NCBI RefSeq assembly: GCF_006345805.1
Contig: NW_021831834.1
Coordinates: forward strand, 1-64,000
Source of the DNA: Octopus sinensis
Lineage: Eukaryota
Direction: 5' to 3'
DNA: 64,000 nt
Positions 1-11,402 of this stretch are shown here, in pieces. The notes under the pieces are model-generated. The model worked only from the letters and a program-made list of their open reading frames with translations. It was not told where the DNA came from and ran no database searches. Each line of letters opens with the position of its first letter. The first letter of the stretch is position 1. A program made the position numbers and the translations under genes.

Positions 1-108
1 GAATAGCGATTAGTTTGTTGTCCCAAAACATAAAATAAGAACACTGAACATGTAATGAAGTACATAGTTGTCCAGAAAGTAAGGGATATTTATGAAGCTA
101 ATTCCGAC

Positions 109-346
109 TGTTGTTGTTATATATATATAATGTATTGAGTATTAAAGGAAGTAGTGAGTACTTAGTATGAAAGATTAAGAAAATGAGAGAGACTGAAAAA
201 ACGTGTTAACGATACGAGATACTTTATTAGACTGCCGTTGTTGTACAAGGTATTTGTTGTGGCGGGAAACTTACTGAATGTCCTTGTATCAAGGGAGACA
301 ATGGGCAACGTTGATTGTTCATGTTTGTTGTGATGATTATATAACA
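109..346 (-). repeat. 3' LTR of the Gypsy element
   Basis: Matches 4413-4650 except for 2 transitions; TGTT..AACA termini; adjacent to the PPT. Confidence 0.95.
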
Positions 347-360
347 TCTTCCTTTTTACT
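347..360 (-). promoter_or_regulatory. Polypurine tract AGTAAAAAGGAAGA
   Basis: Purine run abutting the 3' LTR on the minus strand. Confidence 0.8.
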
Positions 361-394
361 TTTTTATTTATTTATTTATTTTTTTTATCTGTAT

Positions 395-1809
395 CTACAG
401 GGAATAATTATTCGTCGTCCACTTTTTTGTGGTTTTATTATTTTGTAGTGTTGAATTCTGAAGTTGTGCTGTTTTTGTTTTTTCATGCGTGTTTGTTGAC
501 TTTGGAAATATATTTTCATAATCTAATTCTTCTGTTATGCGAACGTGTTCGTTTGTTTTAAGAATATGTTGTCTATTTCGTTTGACTGTATTACCTTCTT
601 CTGTTATTACTAAGTATGAACGAGGTTGCTCTAGTTTTTTAATTATTTTGCCCCTTCTAAACCAATTGTTGTTAAACTTAATTCTAACCGTGTCGTGTGG
701 TTTTAACTCTGGGAGTTCTGTTGTGATGTTTGATTTCTTCTTTTCGTGAGGCCTGATACCAATTTTGTCGTGTAATAAGTTTGGGAGATTTGTTCGCAAT
801 GTTCTAGTCATTATTTGATTTGCAGGGGATGGTGCACCATTTTGTAATTTAGTCGTGCGTAATGCTAAGAGCGCTAACTGAGGTTCTTCGCCACTTTTGA
901 ATGTCTTTTTTAGCGTCTTTTTTATTGTCTGTATATTTCTCTCAATCATTCGCTTGATGATAATGCGGGCTTGTCTTCGTGTGATGAAAATGCCAATTTT
1001 TTGCAAATTTTTTGAATTCAGTCGAATTGAATTCTGGACCGTTGTCACTTACAACTGTTTGCGGAATTCCGAATTTAGCAAAAGTTTCTTTTAATTTTTT
1101 GATTACGGTTTTTGACTGGCAATCATTTATTTCGTGTAGATCAAAAAATCTTGTTGTATAGTCAATAATTGTGACATACGAATTTCCAGACAGGTGAAAT
1201 ACGTCTGTACCCACTTTGGTCCATGGTGTAGTAGGTATTTCATGATTTATTAGTGGTTCGGCTGATTGTTGGTTTTTGTAGTCGATGCAGTATGAGCATG
1301 TGTTAATCATGTCTTTGATTTGAGCGTTAATGCCAGGCCAGTATATACATTCCTTCGCTCTCTCTATGCATTTTTCGATACCCATGTGTCCGGTATGTAT
1401 TTCCTGTAGAGCTTCTCTACGTAATGACTTAGGTACAATTATTCTTGAACCTTTTAGAACGAGACCATTGACGATTGATATTTCCTCACGAACGGAGACG
1501 AATGGTTTGATGTTTATTGGTATTTTGTCTTTTGGGGGCCATTCTGTTCTTGTATATGTGATGAGTGTCTGTAGTGACGGGTCGTCTGCAGTGGCTTCTT
1601 TATACTCGTTTAATTTAGTGTCGGTTATGGGGTAATTTTTTATTACTGCATGTATGTGCGATTTCATATCTTCGTCTGATACTTCTGGAGTATTTTGCTC
1701 AAGGTATGCACGTGATGGGGTATCTGCAACAATTGATTCTTTACCAGGTATGTGGTTTAGGTCAAAATCATATTTTTGTAATGTTAGTAGAGATCTTTGG
1801 ATTCTGGGC
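395..1809 (-). CDS. Integrase part of pol (frameshift at ~945)
   Basis: HHCC finger (HTGHMG..CSYC); DDE core VGTDVF / VSDNGPEF / (QAN)..IERNIQTIK, split by a frameshift; GPY/F-like PRSYLV..KRNRQHIL tail. Confidence 0.9.
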
Positions 1810-2349
1810 GGGGGGGGGGGCATTTAATGATCGATTTTTTGAATATTTGCTTCAACGGTTTATGTTCATTTTCGATTCTGAAATGAGTTCCGTATATAAA
1901 CTGATGAAATTTCTTGCATGCGAAAACTATACTGAGAGCTTCGCTCTCTATCGGACAGTAGTTTTGTTCTGCTTGAGTTGTTGCACGAGATGCAAACGAA
2001 ACAGATATCCATCTTTCGTTGTGTTTCTGCTCAAGTATCGCTCCGAGCCCATGCTTACTAGCATCTGTAGTTATTTTTATTGGTAGATCTGGATTATAAA
2101 ATTGTAGCACTGGTTTTCTGGTAATCATTTCTTTTATCTTTTTTATTGCTTCGATTTGTGGTTTGTCGAATGACCATAACGTGTCACTCTGTAGAAGCTG
2201 GCGTAATGGTGCTGTAACTTCGGAGTAATTTGATAAAAATTTACATAGGTAATTTGTCATACCTAGGAATCTTTGTAATTCTTTTTTACTTGTTGGCAGT
2301 GGCATGTGAATGATTGCTTGCACTTTGGTTGGATCTTGTTTTATCCCAT
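1810..2349 (-). CDS. RT connection and RNase H part of pol (frameshifted)
   Basis: ELQRFLGMTNY, ITTDASKHGLGA, AEQNYCPIESEAL, ENEHKPL; ends at the G11 run at 1810-1820. Confidence 0.9.
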
Positions 2350-4334
2350 TCGCTGGTTAATAGATGCCCTAGGTACGTGATTTGTGATTCATAGAAGATA
2401 CACTTTGATTTATTTAACTTTAATCCGTGCTTTCGGATTCGATCGAAAACTTGTTGTAGTCTATTTGTGTGTTCTTCTAAAGTGCTGGACCAGATTATGA
2501 TGTCATCCTGTGAATTTCTTGCTCCTTCTATGCCCTCTATTATTTTTGTAATTTCTTTTTGGAAAACTTCACTGGCGCTGTGAATTCCAAAGGGTAGTCG
2601 TGTGAAGCGATACCTTCCAAAAGGTTTGTTGAACGTTAACAGATGGGAGCTTTCTTCGTCAACTGGAATTTGCCAGTATCCATTAGATGCATCGAGTTTC
2701 GAAAAATATTTAGGGTTATGCATTTGTGCAAAAATGTCCTCCGCTGTAGGGAGTTTGAAATGTTGCCTTTTTATGGCTTTGTTTAGATTCTTGGGGTCTA
2801 AACAGAGTCGGAGTTTTCCGTTGGCTTTTTCAACGATGACTAGGGAATTTACCCAGTCTGTAGGTTCACTAACAGGTTTTATGATACCTAATTCTGTCAT
2901 TCTTTTTAATTCTTTGTTGAGTTTTTCTTTTATAGAAAAAGGAACCGATCTTGGTGGATGAATTACAGGAGTTATTTGTGGATCCACTGTGATATGATGT
3001 GTTATTGACAAAGTGCCAATTTCTCCGAAACAGTCTTCATATTTTTCTATTATGTCGTTTGTGTTCGACGAGTTTATTTTTGAAATTCTCTGAATTAGGT
3101 TCAGATCTTTAGCTGTCTTTGCATCTATAACTGCGTGCGAGTTTGTTTTTGCAACAATGAATTTTATTTGTTTTGTTAATTCTTTGTATTTAATGACTGC
3201 TGTGCATTTTCCTAGCACTTTTATAGCTGTGTTATTGTAAGCTGATAATCGAGTTGAGGTTTTTTGCAGTTGTGGCTTTGGAATTATATTTTTATATTCT
3301 CTGAATGGCAGTACAGTTACGTCTGCTCCAGTATCAATTTTGAATGTTACATTCGAGTTGTTCACTTTTAGTTCGACCGTCCAAATGTCTTTTGGAGTCT
3401 TGAACTTTTCGATTTTGTGCACGCGGGAATTATTTGCAGTGATCATTTCGAGTGCATGTGTATCGTCATCTGATTCATCGTCGGTATGTATCTCTACTTT
3501 ATGTACAAATTTTCTTGATTTGCACATTTTTGCATAGTGTCCTTGTTTCTTGCATTTTTCACATGTCTTGTGAAATGCTGGGCATTTATTTCTTTTGTGA
3601 TTATAACCACAATAGTGACAGTTAGTGACGTAGTGTTGACTTGGCGCTTGAAACTTCGCGGGCTTTCTGTCACTTCCGCCTTGTTCGTTTTGATGTCTGG
3701 ATTGCATATGGCGAGTTATTTGAGTTTTGGCGCCTTTTCTGTCGTGTTGACTATATACCCTCGAGATTTCGTTATCTCTTGTTTCGGATGTGGCATTTAG
3801 CATCCTTGATTGGAGTCGTGTTTGCTCTGCACTCTGACCTGCTTGAATTGTTTTTTGTAAGTCTAAATTTGGTTCTCTCAATAATCTTTCTCTTAATCTC
3901 AGGTCTCTGATTCCACATATCAGAATATCTTTGGTGAGACTGTCTGTGAGGTTGCCGAATTCGCACTGTTGTGCCTTTTGGCCCAACTCTACCACGTACT
4001 CATCGAATTTTTGATGTTCCGCTTGTCCACATGTGAAGAATTTGTGTCTCAGGGAAGTTATGTTTTTCCTGGGTTCACAATATGCATCGAATTTTTCGAT
4101 TACTGTTTGAAGGTTAATTTCTTCGTCGGGTGAATCGAAATCCAGAGTGGAATGGATGTCTCGGCCTTTGGAACCGATGCAAGTTAAAAACATTGAAGTT
4201 TTTACTTTGTCTGGCTTCATGTCACTTTCTGTTGCTATCAAAAAGAGATTGAATTCTTTTTTCCACTTTTTCCATGCTGCGGCTAGATTTTCCTGATTAA
4301 AGTCTAGGTCTTTTGGATGCGGTAAATTTTCCAT
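2350..4334 (-). CDS. Gag - aspartic protease - reverse transcriptase part of the gag-pol polyprotein
   Basis: Probable ATG at 4334 (MENLPHP). Zn knuckles CHYCGYNHKRNKC and CEKCKKQGHYAKMC; protease FKIDTGAD; RT motifs LDASNGYWQ, LPFGIHSASEVFQ and SQDD. Frame breaks at ~2350 (GHLLTSE, then GIKQDPTKVQAI in the next frame). Confidence 0.92.
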
Positions 4335-4401
4335 TTCGTCTTTGAAGTATGATTTCAACTTCTTTTTTCTTTTGGTTTCTGTATTTTGGGTTCTTTTAGT
4401 A

Positions 4402-4412
4402 TTCTGACACCA
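4402..4412 (-). promoter_or_regulatory. Primer binding site TGGTGTCAGAA (complementary to a tRNA 3' end, probably tRNA-Leu)
   Basis: TGG-initiated 11-mer directly after the 5' LTR; complement of ...UUCUGACACCA, as recalled for eukaryotic tRNA-Leu(CAA). Confidence 0.8.
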
Positions 4413-4650
4413 TGTTGTTGTTATATATATATAATGTATTGAGTATTAAAGGAAGTAGTGAGTACTTAGTATGAAAGATTAAGAAAATGAGAGAGACTGA
4501 AAAAACGTGTTAACGATACGAGATACTTTATTAGACTGCCGTTGTTGTACAAGGTATTTGTTGTGGCGGGAAACTTACTGAATGTCCTTGTATCAAGGGA
4601 GACAATGGGCAACGTTGATTGTTCATATTTGTTGTGATGATTACATAACA
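4413..4650 (-). repeat. 5' LTR of the Gypsy element
   Basis: Matches 109-346; directly followed on the minus strand by the PBS. Confidence 0.95.
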
Positions 4651-5010
4651 CCGACTACCTTCTGCATTAATCGATGAGAGATTTCAAAATGTTTCAAACA
4701 AACGCTTCACAATGCTTGATAACAAATCGCCCAAACACGAAACAAAATACTTTATGAACGTAATTCTCAAATCAATTTCACAAATGAATTTCGCAAACAT
4801 GCAAATTACAAACTACAGAAAGTTTCAAGAGAACATTTCATTTTGAGTAATGGAGTTTTTTTTTTTTTTTTTTTTTTTAAATCCTATACGACAATCTACA
4901 AGTAAAATTTTATCTTAGAATAATAGGCAGTGCAAAACATAATAATAGCAGCCTTTTGCTCAGAGATAGAATATTCCCATCCCTCGGACATCAGTGAAAT
5001 GCATATTCTT

Positions 5011-5555
5011 TTCTACTCTACGTTCAAGGCCCGAAATTTTGGGGAAGGGGGCCAGTCGATTTGACCGAGACAGTACGCAACTGGTACTTAATTTATCGAC
5101 CCCGAAAGGATGAAAGGCAAAGTCGACCTCGGCGGAATTTGAACTCAGAACGTAAAGACAGACGAAATACCTATTTCTTTACTACCCACAAGGGGCTGAA
5201 CACAGAGAGGACAAACAAGGACAGACAAACGGATTAAGTCGATTATATCGACCCCAGTGCGCAACTGGTACTTATTTAATCGACCCCGAAAGGATGAAAG
5301 GCAAAGTCGACCTCGGCGGAATTTGAACTCAGAACGTAACGGCAGACGAAATACAGCTACGCATTCGCCCGCCCGGCGTGCTAACGTTTCTGCCGGCAGA
5401 CGAAATACCGCTAAGCATTTCGCCCGGCGCGCTAACGTTTCTTATTTCTATATTTCTCACAAGGGGCTAAACATAGAGGGAACAAACAAGGACAGACAAA
5501 CGGAATAAGTCGATGTCACCGAGCCCAGTGCGTAGCTGGTACTTAATTTATCGAG
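5011..5555 (-). mobile_element. Cluster of tRNA-derived SINE units (family S1)
   Basis: Reverse complement of GGCGGCGAGCTGGCAGAA..GAGTTCAAATTCC (A/B-box head) plus the CTTTGCCTTTCATCCTTTCGGGGTCG core; about three partial head-to-tail units. Confidence 0.85.
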
Positions 5556-5845
5556 TAAATTTAGATATACTGAAATGGAGCATGGTCTGCTAATAAAGGA
5601 AGAAGGAAGTGAGTGGGATGATACACATTAAGCGCAGTTCTCTAAACTATATTTTTTCTCTTTATCTTTTACTTTTATATTCATGTTTTATGGTTATTTT
5701 TTTTTTGAAATTGCTTAAAGTTTCTTTTAAATTCTTTTTAACCCCAGGAGATATATTAGATAAAGACCTTTACAATCTAAAATGTATACTCTCATGATTA
5801 CCACAAACATTTTTATAGAGAATCAAATAAATTGTATATGTAAGT

Positions 5846-6900
5846 GTGTCTGTGTGTATTTCCGCTATTGTGCTGATAATGTGCTATTTATTTTTCTGTC
5901 TATACATTGCAAAAGGATTTACTTTTGTCTCTTCATTCTATCAACAGATCATTCCAGGATCGGCGACAATTCCAACAGAGTTTTCTAACACATATCAACT
6001 GAAGCTCAGGGAAACAATTAATAGCAAATTGTTTCAAACAAATCCCATCAAGGAGAAACAACAAACAAAAGCACCACATTTACTATCAAAAGGTCTTAAA
6101 TTTTCAAGAAATTTAGCCAAAAAAAGACCAGGGCTATTTTCATTGATCGCAACGAGAGAGCAAAACTTTAAACGGAAACAATTACTAAATGGTCAGTGTC
6201 AGCGACATGGTGTCAGACGCCCTCCGTTTCATTATCTGATGCTTGTGAACCACCAACATAAAATGGTATTCTGCTACATCCCTAAAGTTGGCTGCACATT
6301 CTTTAAACGCCTTATGTTGATTCTCAAAGGGAAATATCAGAATGGTTCTAGTCCGTATGATATAGCACCAACCAAAATACACACGTTGCGAATGAATACC
6401 TTTTCGACTCGTCCCAGAAAAAATGCCGCAGTCTTGAAGGCTTACAAGAAAGTAGTTTTTGTTCGGGATCCTTATTCACGCCTTTTTTCAGGTTATCTCG
6501 ACAAAATTTTCTTGCCACAACAAAATTTTAAAACCCTGTGTACTTATATTATTAAAACTTTCAGGAAAAGTGTGGTTAAAAATTCAAGTATTATATGTCC
6601 TGTTGATGTAACTTTTGAAGAATTTTTGCGTTATGCCATCCATTCAAATCTGAAGAAAGTAAAAAAAATGATCATTTTGATATGATGCATGATCTGTGTG
6701 GTACCTGTAATATCAAGTATGATATCATAGGGAAACTCGATACTTTTGTCCCTGATTTGAATTTAATGTTTGAAGAAATTGGTGAAGGTCATAGAATGTC
6801 AGCCAAAAATATGTTAACTGAGAGAGTTGGAGATGATCTTACAGTTGTCGTTGACCACGCCTTTCATAACAAGAATAATACATGTGTGGATTTCTCGCAA
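5846..6900 (+). CDS. Carbohydrate sulfotransferase (Sulfotransfer_2, CHST8-14-like family), main coding exon; frameshift in A8 at 6661-6668
   Basis: N-terminal hydrophobic anchor SVCISAIVLIMCYLFFCLYIA; 5'-PSB CYIPKVGCTFFK (6272); 3'-PB FVRDPYSRLFSGYLDK (6458); after the shift NDHF..LCGTCNIKYDIIGKLDTF; GTAAGT donor at 6901. Start codon uncertain (first in-frame ATG is at 5879). Confidence 0.85.
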
Positions 6901-7405
6901 GTAAGTGACAAGCCTTGTATGTCTTTATTTGAAAATAGTGACCTACTTAATAATCCGCCACAAATTAAGTAATGAATTGGTTTGCTTTCTTTTTTAATTA
7001 GCGAGAGTATCATAGGCTAAAGGTAAGCTCACAAAAAGCTGCATCTGTAAGCTGTTTTCATCTTTGTTTACTGTCACACAAAATCATTAAAAGCATGAAA
7101 GACAAGCAGTTTCATTTCGTACTGTGCTCTAAAATCGACACTTTTTGTTATTTAATAAATTCCCATTTTACATAGAGAGATGGCCATTATCTCGAGTTGA
7201 TCACCCTGTAACAATAGTTAAGCTACCGGGAAAACTAGGATGCAACCCAATTTCAACTTAGACCACTCTGCTACAAATGATTGTATGAAAATAGGAGTTC
7301 TAATGTGTGCTCCTTTTTCTTGTTAGATATAAGCCATTGTGCTTAGTAAAAATGTTTAATCGATATTGTTGTGAATGTTCGTAGTCTTCAATATACGCAC
7401 TATTA

Positions 7406-7611
7406 GGGTGGTGAGCTGGTAGAACCTTTAGTACGTCGGGAAAATTGCTATGCGGCATTTTGTCCGTCTATGTTCAAACTCCGTCAAGGTTGATTTTGCT
7501 TTTCATGTTTACGAGGTCGATAAAATAAGCACCAGTTAAGTGTAGGGGGTCTATGTAATCGACTTAGCCCCTTCCCCGAAATTCCTAGCCTTTTGCCAAA
7601 ATTTGAAACCA
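7406..7611 (+). mobile_element. SINE S1 inside the sulfotransferase intron
   Basis: GGTGAGCTGG head, GTTCAAACTCC B box, TTTGCTTTTCAT core. Confidence 0.8.
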
Positions 7612-7657
7612 ATATAATATTCTCTATTTATTATACTCATGTTTCTTAAATTTTCAG

Positions 7658-7993
7658 ATTTTGCGCCGCACATGGCGAAGAGCTCAGATTCGAGGATTCG
7701 TCAGTATGGATTTAGATTTCCCTTTTACCAATAACCAGACATTATTTGTAACTAAACAAGAATTTTTAGATACTATTAAAGATGCCAGTCTGGTTTCAAA
7801 AAATGATAAAAGTTTAAAAGTCATCAAAAATGAAGCAATGTCTTACGCTTATAGTACAGTACCAATGGATGTTTTAGATCAGTTAGAGGTTCTTCTAAAA
7901 GATGACTGTTTACAATTTGGATACGACACAAGGCCAAAACATGTATTCGAAGCCAATCAACGAACATGGAATTTTAATTATTTTAATGTTTGA
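7658..7993 (+). CDS. Carbohydrate sulfotransferase, last coding exon
   Basis: TTTTCAG acceptor ending at 7657; the phase-0 join gives CVDFSQ/ILRRTWRRAQIRGF; the family-typical C-terminal D..QFGY motif (KDDCLQFGYD) precedes TGA at 7991-7993. Intron 6901-7657 is GT-AG. Confidence 0.85.
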   Translation: MLRRTWRRAQIRGFVSMDLDFPFTNNQTLFVTKQEFLDTIKDASLVSKNDKSLKVIKNEAMSYAYSTVPMDVLDQLEVLLKDDCLQFGYDTRPKHVFEANQRTWNFNYFNV

Positions 7994-8425
7994 GATATAT
8001 ACATTTAAAATGAAGCACAATTTATTAATAATTTTGAGGGTATTTATGGTTTTGCTTTTGTGTATATGCTGTTGTTGTTGTTTAGTACTACATCACCTTC
8101 ATGGAACCCATATCAAAGATATCACCCCAGAGACGATTACATCATTAGTTTTCTAAACCAGGCCCTACAGTGTCTATCTACTGTTTCATGTTTTAGACGG
8201 TTGGATATGATGTGAGAGAGATATAGCTCTTACTTCTGGCGGGCGACCGCATACGTGTTTTAAAGTATTTTATTTATACTATGTAAGGGTACACGCCATA
8301 TGCGAACTTGTGATAAACATTTCTCAGCGACATACATCATTGTTTACCGCAGCTTCTGTCTGTTTGTGTATTCTACCTCTGCAGCATCATGGATACAACT
8401 TAGTGAGTTGAAAGATGATGTTCCG

Positions 8426-8462
<37 letters not shown>

Positions 8463-8986
8463 ATATATATATGATCTGTGAAAGTTTCTCTTACGTATAT
8501 TTCTACATGACATACAATCATATAATGCTTAGTATGCATATTGAAGTAAAATGTACATATATAATATGGAATGTTGAAATAAATAATACTAGACTGAGAA
8601 GACTATGAAACGGCTGTAATCATGGAGACATCATATAGATTTAATAAATCTGTATTCACTTCTTATGCATCCTGATTATATGATTATATCGTGATGATGG
8701 ATTGATCTCATTGAGAAATTTGAACAGTCATAGGTATGATAGATTTATGGAAAATCTGATTAAATAATTTCAGGAAAATAGAAGACACTAACCTTATTGC
8801 AGTTAATCTTTTTAGACACAGCCTTGAAATTAGATAATATCTGATTAACTTCATATCTTTCCAGCTTTATAATCTAAGGTCTAAGGGAGATAACTCATTT
8901 AAGTTTTTTTTACTTTCTACATTTAGTTTTTTATTTTTATTTTTTTATTTTCCGCTTTTCGTTTTCCGTTTTTTTTTACCTGACAT

Positions 8987-8987
<1 letters not shown>

Positions 8988-9021
<34 letters not shown>

Positions 9022-9390
9022 GTTATTATTATTAGGTCACTGCGTAGAATCGAACTCGGAATCTTGGGGTTAGTAGCCCTCGCTCTCAACCACTACGCCA
9101 TATACCCGTGGGGATAAGAGGGCAAGCTACTAACCCTAAAATTCCGAGTTCGATTCCAAGCAGTGACCTGAACAATAATAATAATAATATAATAATAATA
9201 ATAATAACAACATCGAAAAATTCCTTAGGAATGAGAACCCAGGTTCGAAATCTCCCCCAAGACACCTGAAGAAGGCTGGAGGGTATATCAGCCGTAACGT
9301 GTTAACAACAACAACAACAAAAAAGGACAAATATCCGTCGAATGCAAATAATGTACATAATTCCTCATCTCTTAAATATAGAACTGTATT
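8988..9390 (+). mobile_element. Fold-back tRNA-headed SINE-like element with a decayed hammerhead motif
   Basis: Inverted tRNA-like heads at 9034-9169 flanked by (ATT)n/(AAT)n; B box GAGTTCGATTCC at 9146-9157; CTGAAGA-A-GGCTG..CAGCC-GTAA at 9266-9297. Confidence 0.7.
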
Positions 9391-9943
9391 ACTCACACGT
9401 ATACACACATAAACACGGACACATATGCTCGCACGCACACATACATATGTACACAGACACATGTATACACACACATGCACAACACACACACATATAAATA
9501 CAGACACAAACTCACGCATACAGGTGCGCACACATGCATACACGCGCGCATTCTACTGAATCGGCCTTGAACATGACAGGCTACGTATTGTATTTTGTCA
9601 ATTCTGGAAGGATCAAAGCTGAAGTCACCTTCTAACAGATATTACATTAAAATATAACACAGTGGACTTTAAACATTGCATGCCATTGTCTATGCCAACC
9701 TAACATAACAGCCGTTTCTAATACAGGTATGAATATATGGGTGTTGATTTTTATATATTTTAACTCTAGAAAGTTGATGGACAAAGCAGAAATCCGATGG
9801 CATTTGAACATCGAACATAAAGCGTCACAACTCAACAATGTATTTCATTCCGTCTGATAATCTACCTATTCTTTTAATTCGACATTCTATTGAAATTGAT
9901 TGAACATTGTTTGGAATTTATTTTATGTAAGACTATAACCATT

Positions 9944-10281
9944 TATAATAGTTGTATACTGTCAATTTAACGTGACAGTAGGGGATTACACTACCGTTGT
10001 TTAGCCCTAGGAAGCATCGAACGCTTCCTGTCGACTTTGACACATTTACTGTGTCCTTATATATATTTACGAAGGGGAGACGAATACCCCCAAATACATC
10101 CCCTTCGTAATAAGGACACAGTAAATGTGTCGAAGACGACAGGAAGCGTTCGATGCTTCCTAGGGCTAAACAGCGGTGGTGTAATCCCCTACTGTCACGT
10201 TAAATTGACAGTATACAACTATTATATCGCCCCACCACTGTACATATCTCTATGAGATATTTAGAAATTTAATATTTCTGA
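9944..10281. mobile_element. Fold-back element (~130-bp inverted arms, 20-nt loop, 55-nt tail)
   Basis: Arms 9944-10078 and 10099-10226; TATAACCATTTATA repeated at 9934-9947 and 10282-10295 (possible TSD). Confidence 0.75.
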
Positions 10282-10373
10282 TATAACCATTTATAGTTGT
10301 GGATTGATAAAATTTGAAAAAATATATGGTATATGTGATACATTTGAATGAAACCCAAAATAAAGAAATTGTA

Positions 10374-10404
<31 letters not shown>

Positions 10405-10804
10405 GCGTGAGAGAGAGAGAGAGACCGACAGACAGACAGATTATAAATGTTCGTATTTATTTTATGAATTATATATATTTGGAGTGTTATATAAAATCTT
10501 ATTCGAAAATATTATTGAGCAATAAAAATCATTAGCTAAAAACTAAACCATAATTATAAATCATATATCGTATTAATTTGTATACAGTCGCAAAAATTAC
10601 TTTTCTATGCAGTCAAAAAATTTGCCGGGAGGTATAGAGAATTTCATCGTCCTAGTTACTCTCCAACCAAACGAAGAATAAATATAAATTTGCGTTCGGT
10701 CGAATTTCAATTTCAGAACATAAAGGGAAATAACTCCATACTGCAAACCAATAAATCCTGTAACTTATCATTTCTGTAAATACACAGCCGTATATTCTCT
10801 ATTC

Positions 10805-11210
10805 TCTTACTCTTTTACTTGTTTCAGTCATTTGACTGCGGCCATGCTGGAGCACCGCCTTTAGTCGAGCAAATCGACGTCAGGACTTATGTTTTGTAAG
10901 CCTAGTACTTACTCTATCGGTATCTTTTGCCGAACCGCTAGCTTACGGGGACGTAAACACACCAGCATCGGTTGTAAGCGATGTTGGAGTTGGGAGGGTG
11001 GGGGGTAAACACAGACATACAAACATATACACACGCATACATATATATATACATATATACGATGGGCTTCTTACAGTTTCCGTCTACCAAATCCACTCAC
11101 AAGGCTTTGGTCGGCTCGAGGCTATAGTAGAAGACTCTTGCCCAAGGTGCCACGCAGTGGGATTGAACCCAGAACCATGTGGTTGGCAACCAAGCTAATT
11201 ACCACACACC
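10805..11210 (-). mobile_element. tRNA-derived SINE with internal (CA/TA)n (family S2)
   Basis: Reverse complement of GTGTGGT..GGGTTCAATCCCACTGCGTGGCACCTTGGGCAAG head and CAGTCAAATGACTGAAACAAGTAAAAGAG tail; same family at 29560-29920, 34972-35388, 42545-43220, 44845-45248 and 59470-59935. Confidence 0.85.
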
Positions 11211-11402
11211 CAAATTTCTATTATAGACACAAGCCAAAAATACTAGTTGTGGAAATTGTCTTTGAATTTTTCTTTAGTAATTTGCTTGTAATTTATTCTA
11301 TCAACACACATAGAGTAATTGTTAGATTTTACAGAATGTTAACATTTTTCACCCACCCCGCCGGTGTATTTCTACCATTTCACGAATGGCCGGGCTCTAA
11401 AT

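Larger units (their letters stand above)
109..4650 (-). mobile_element. Ty3/Gypsy LTR retrotransposon, Mag-like, structurally full length (4542 bp)
   Basis: Direct 238-bp LTRs (109-346, 4413-4650) with TG..CA ends and 2 mismatches; 5-bp TSD CCGAC at 104-108 and 4651-4655; PBS and PPT present; gag-PR-RT-RH-IN domain order on minus strand. The tandem CX2CX3HX4C plus CX2CX4HX4C knuckles, short LTRs and 5-bp TSD fit the Mag clade. Confidence 0.95.

Noticed and set aside
162-347. Near-identical 61-aa ORFs at 162-347 and 4466-4651
   Set aside because: They are chance ORFs within the two LTR copies, not proteins.
8594-8620. CTGAGAA..GAAACGGCTGTA hammerhead-like string
   Set aside because: The core lacks G8, stem II cannot form and stem I mismatches at the first pair.
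9034-9101. Apparent tRNA gene (anticodon loop CT-ACT-AA)
   Set aside because: No proper acceptor stem; embedded in a repeat with an (AAT)n tail, so it is a SINE head.
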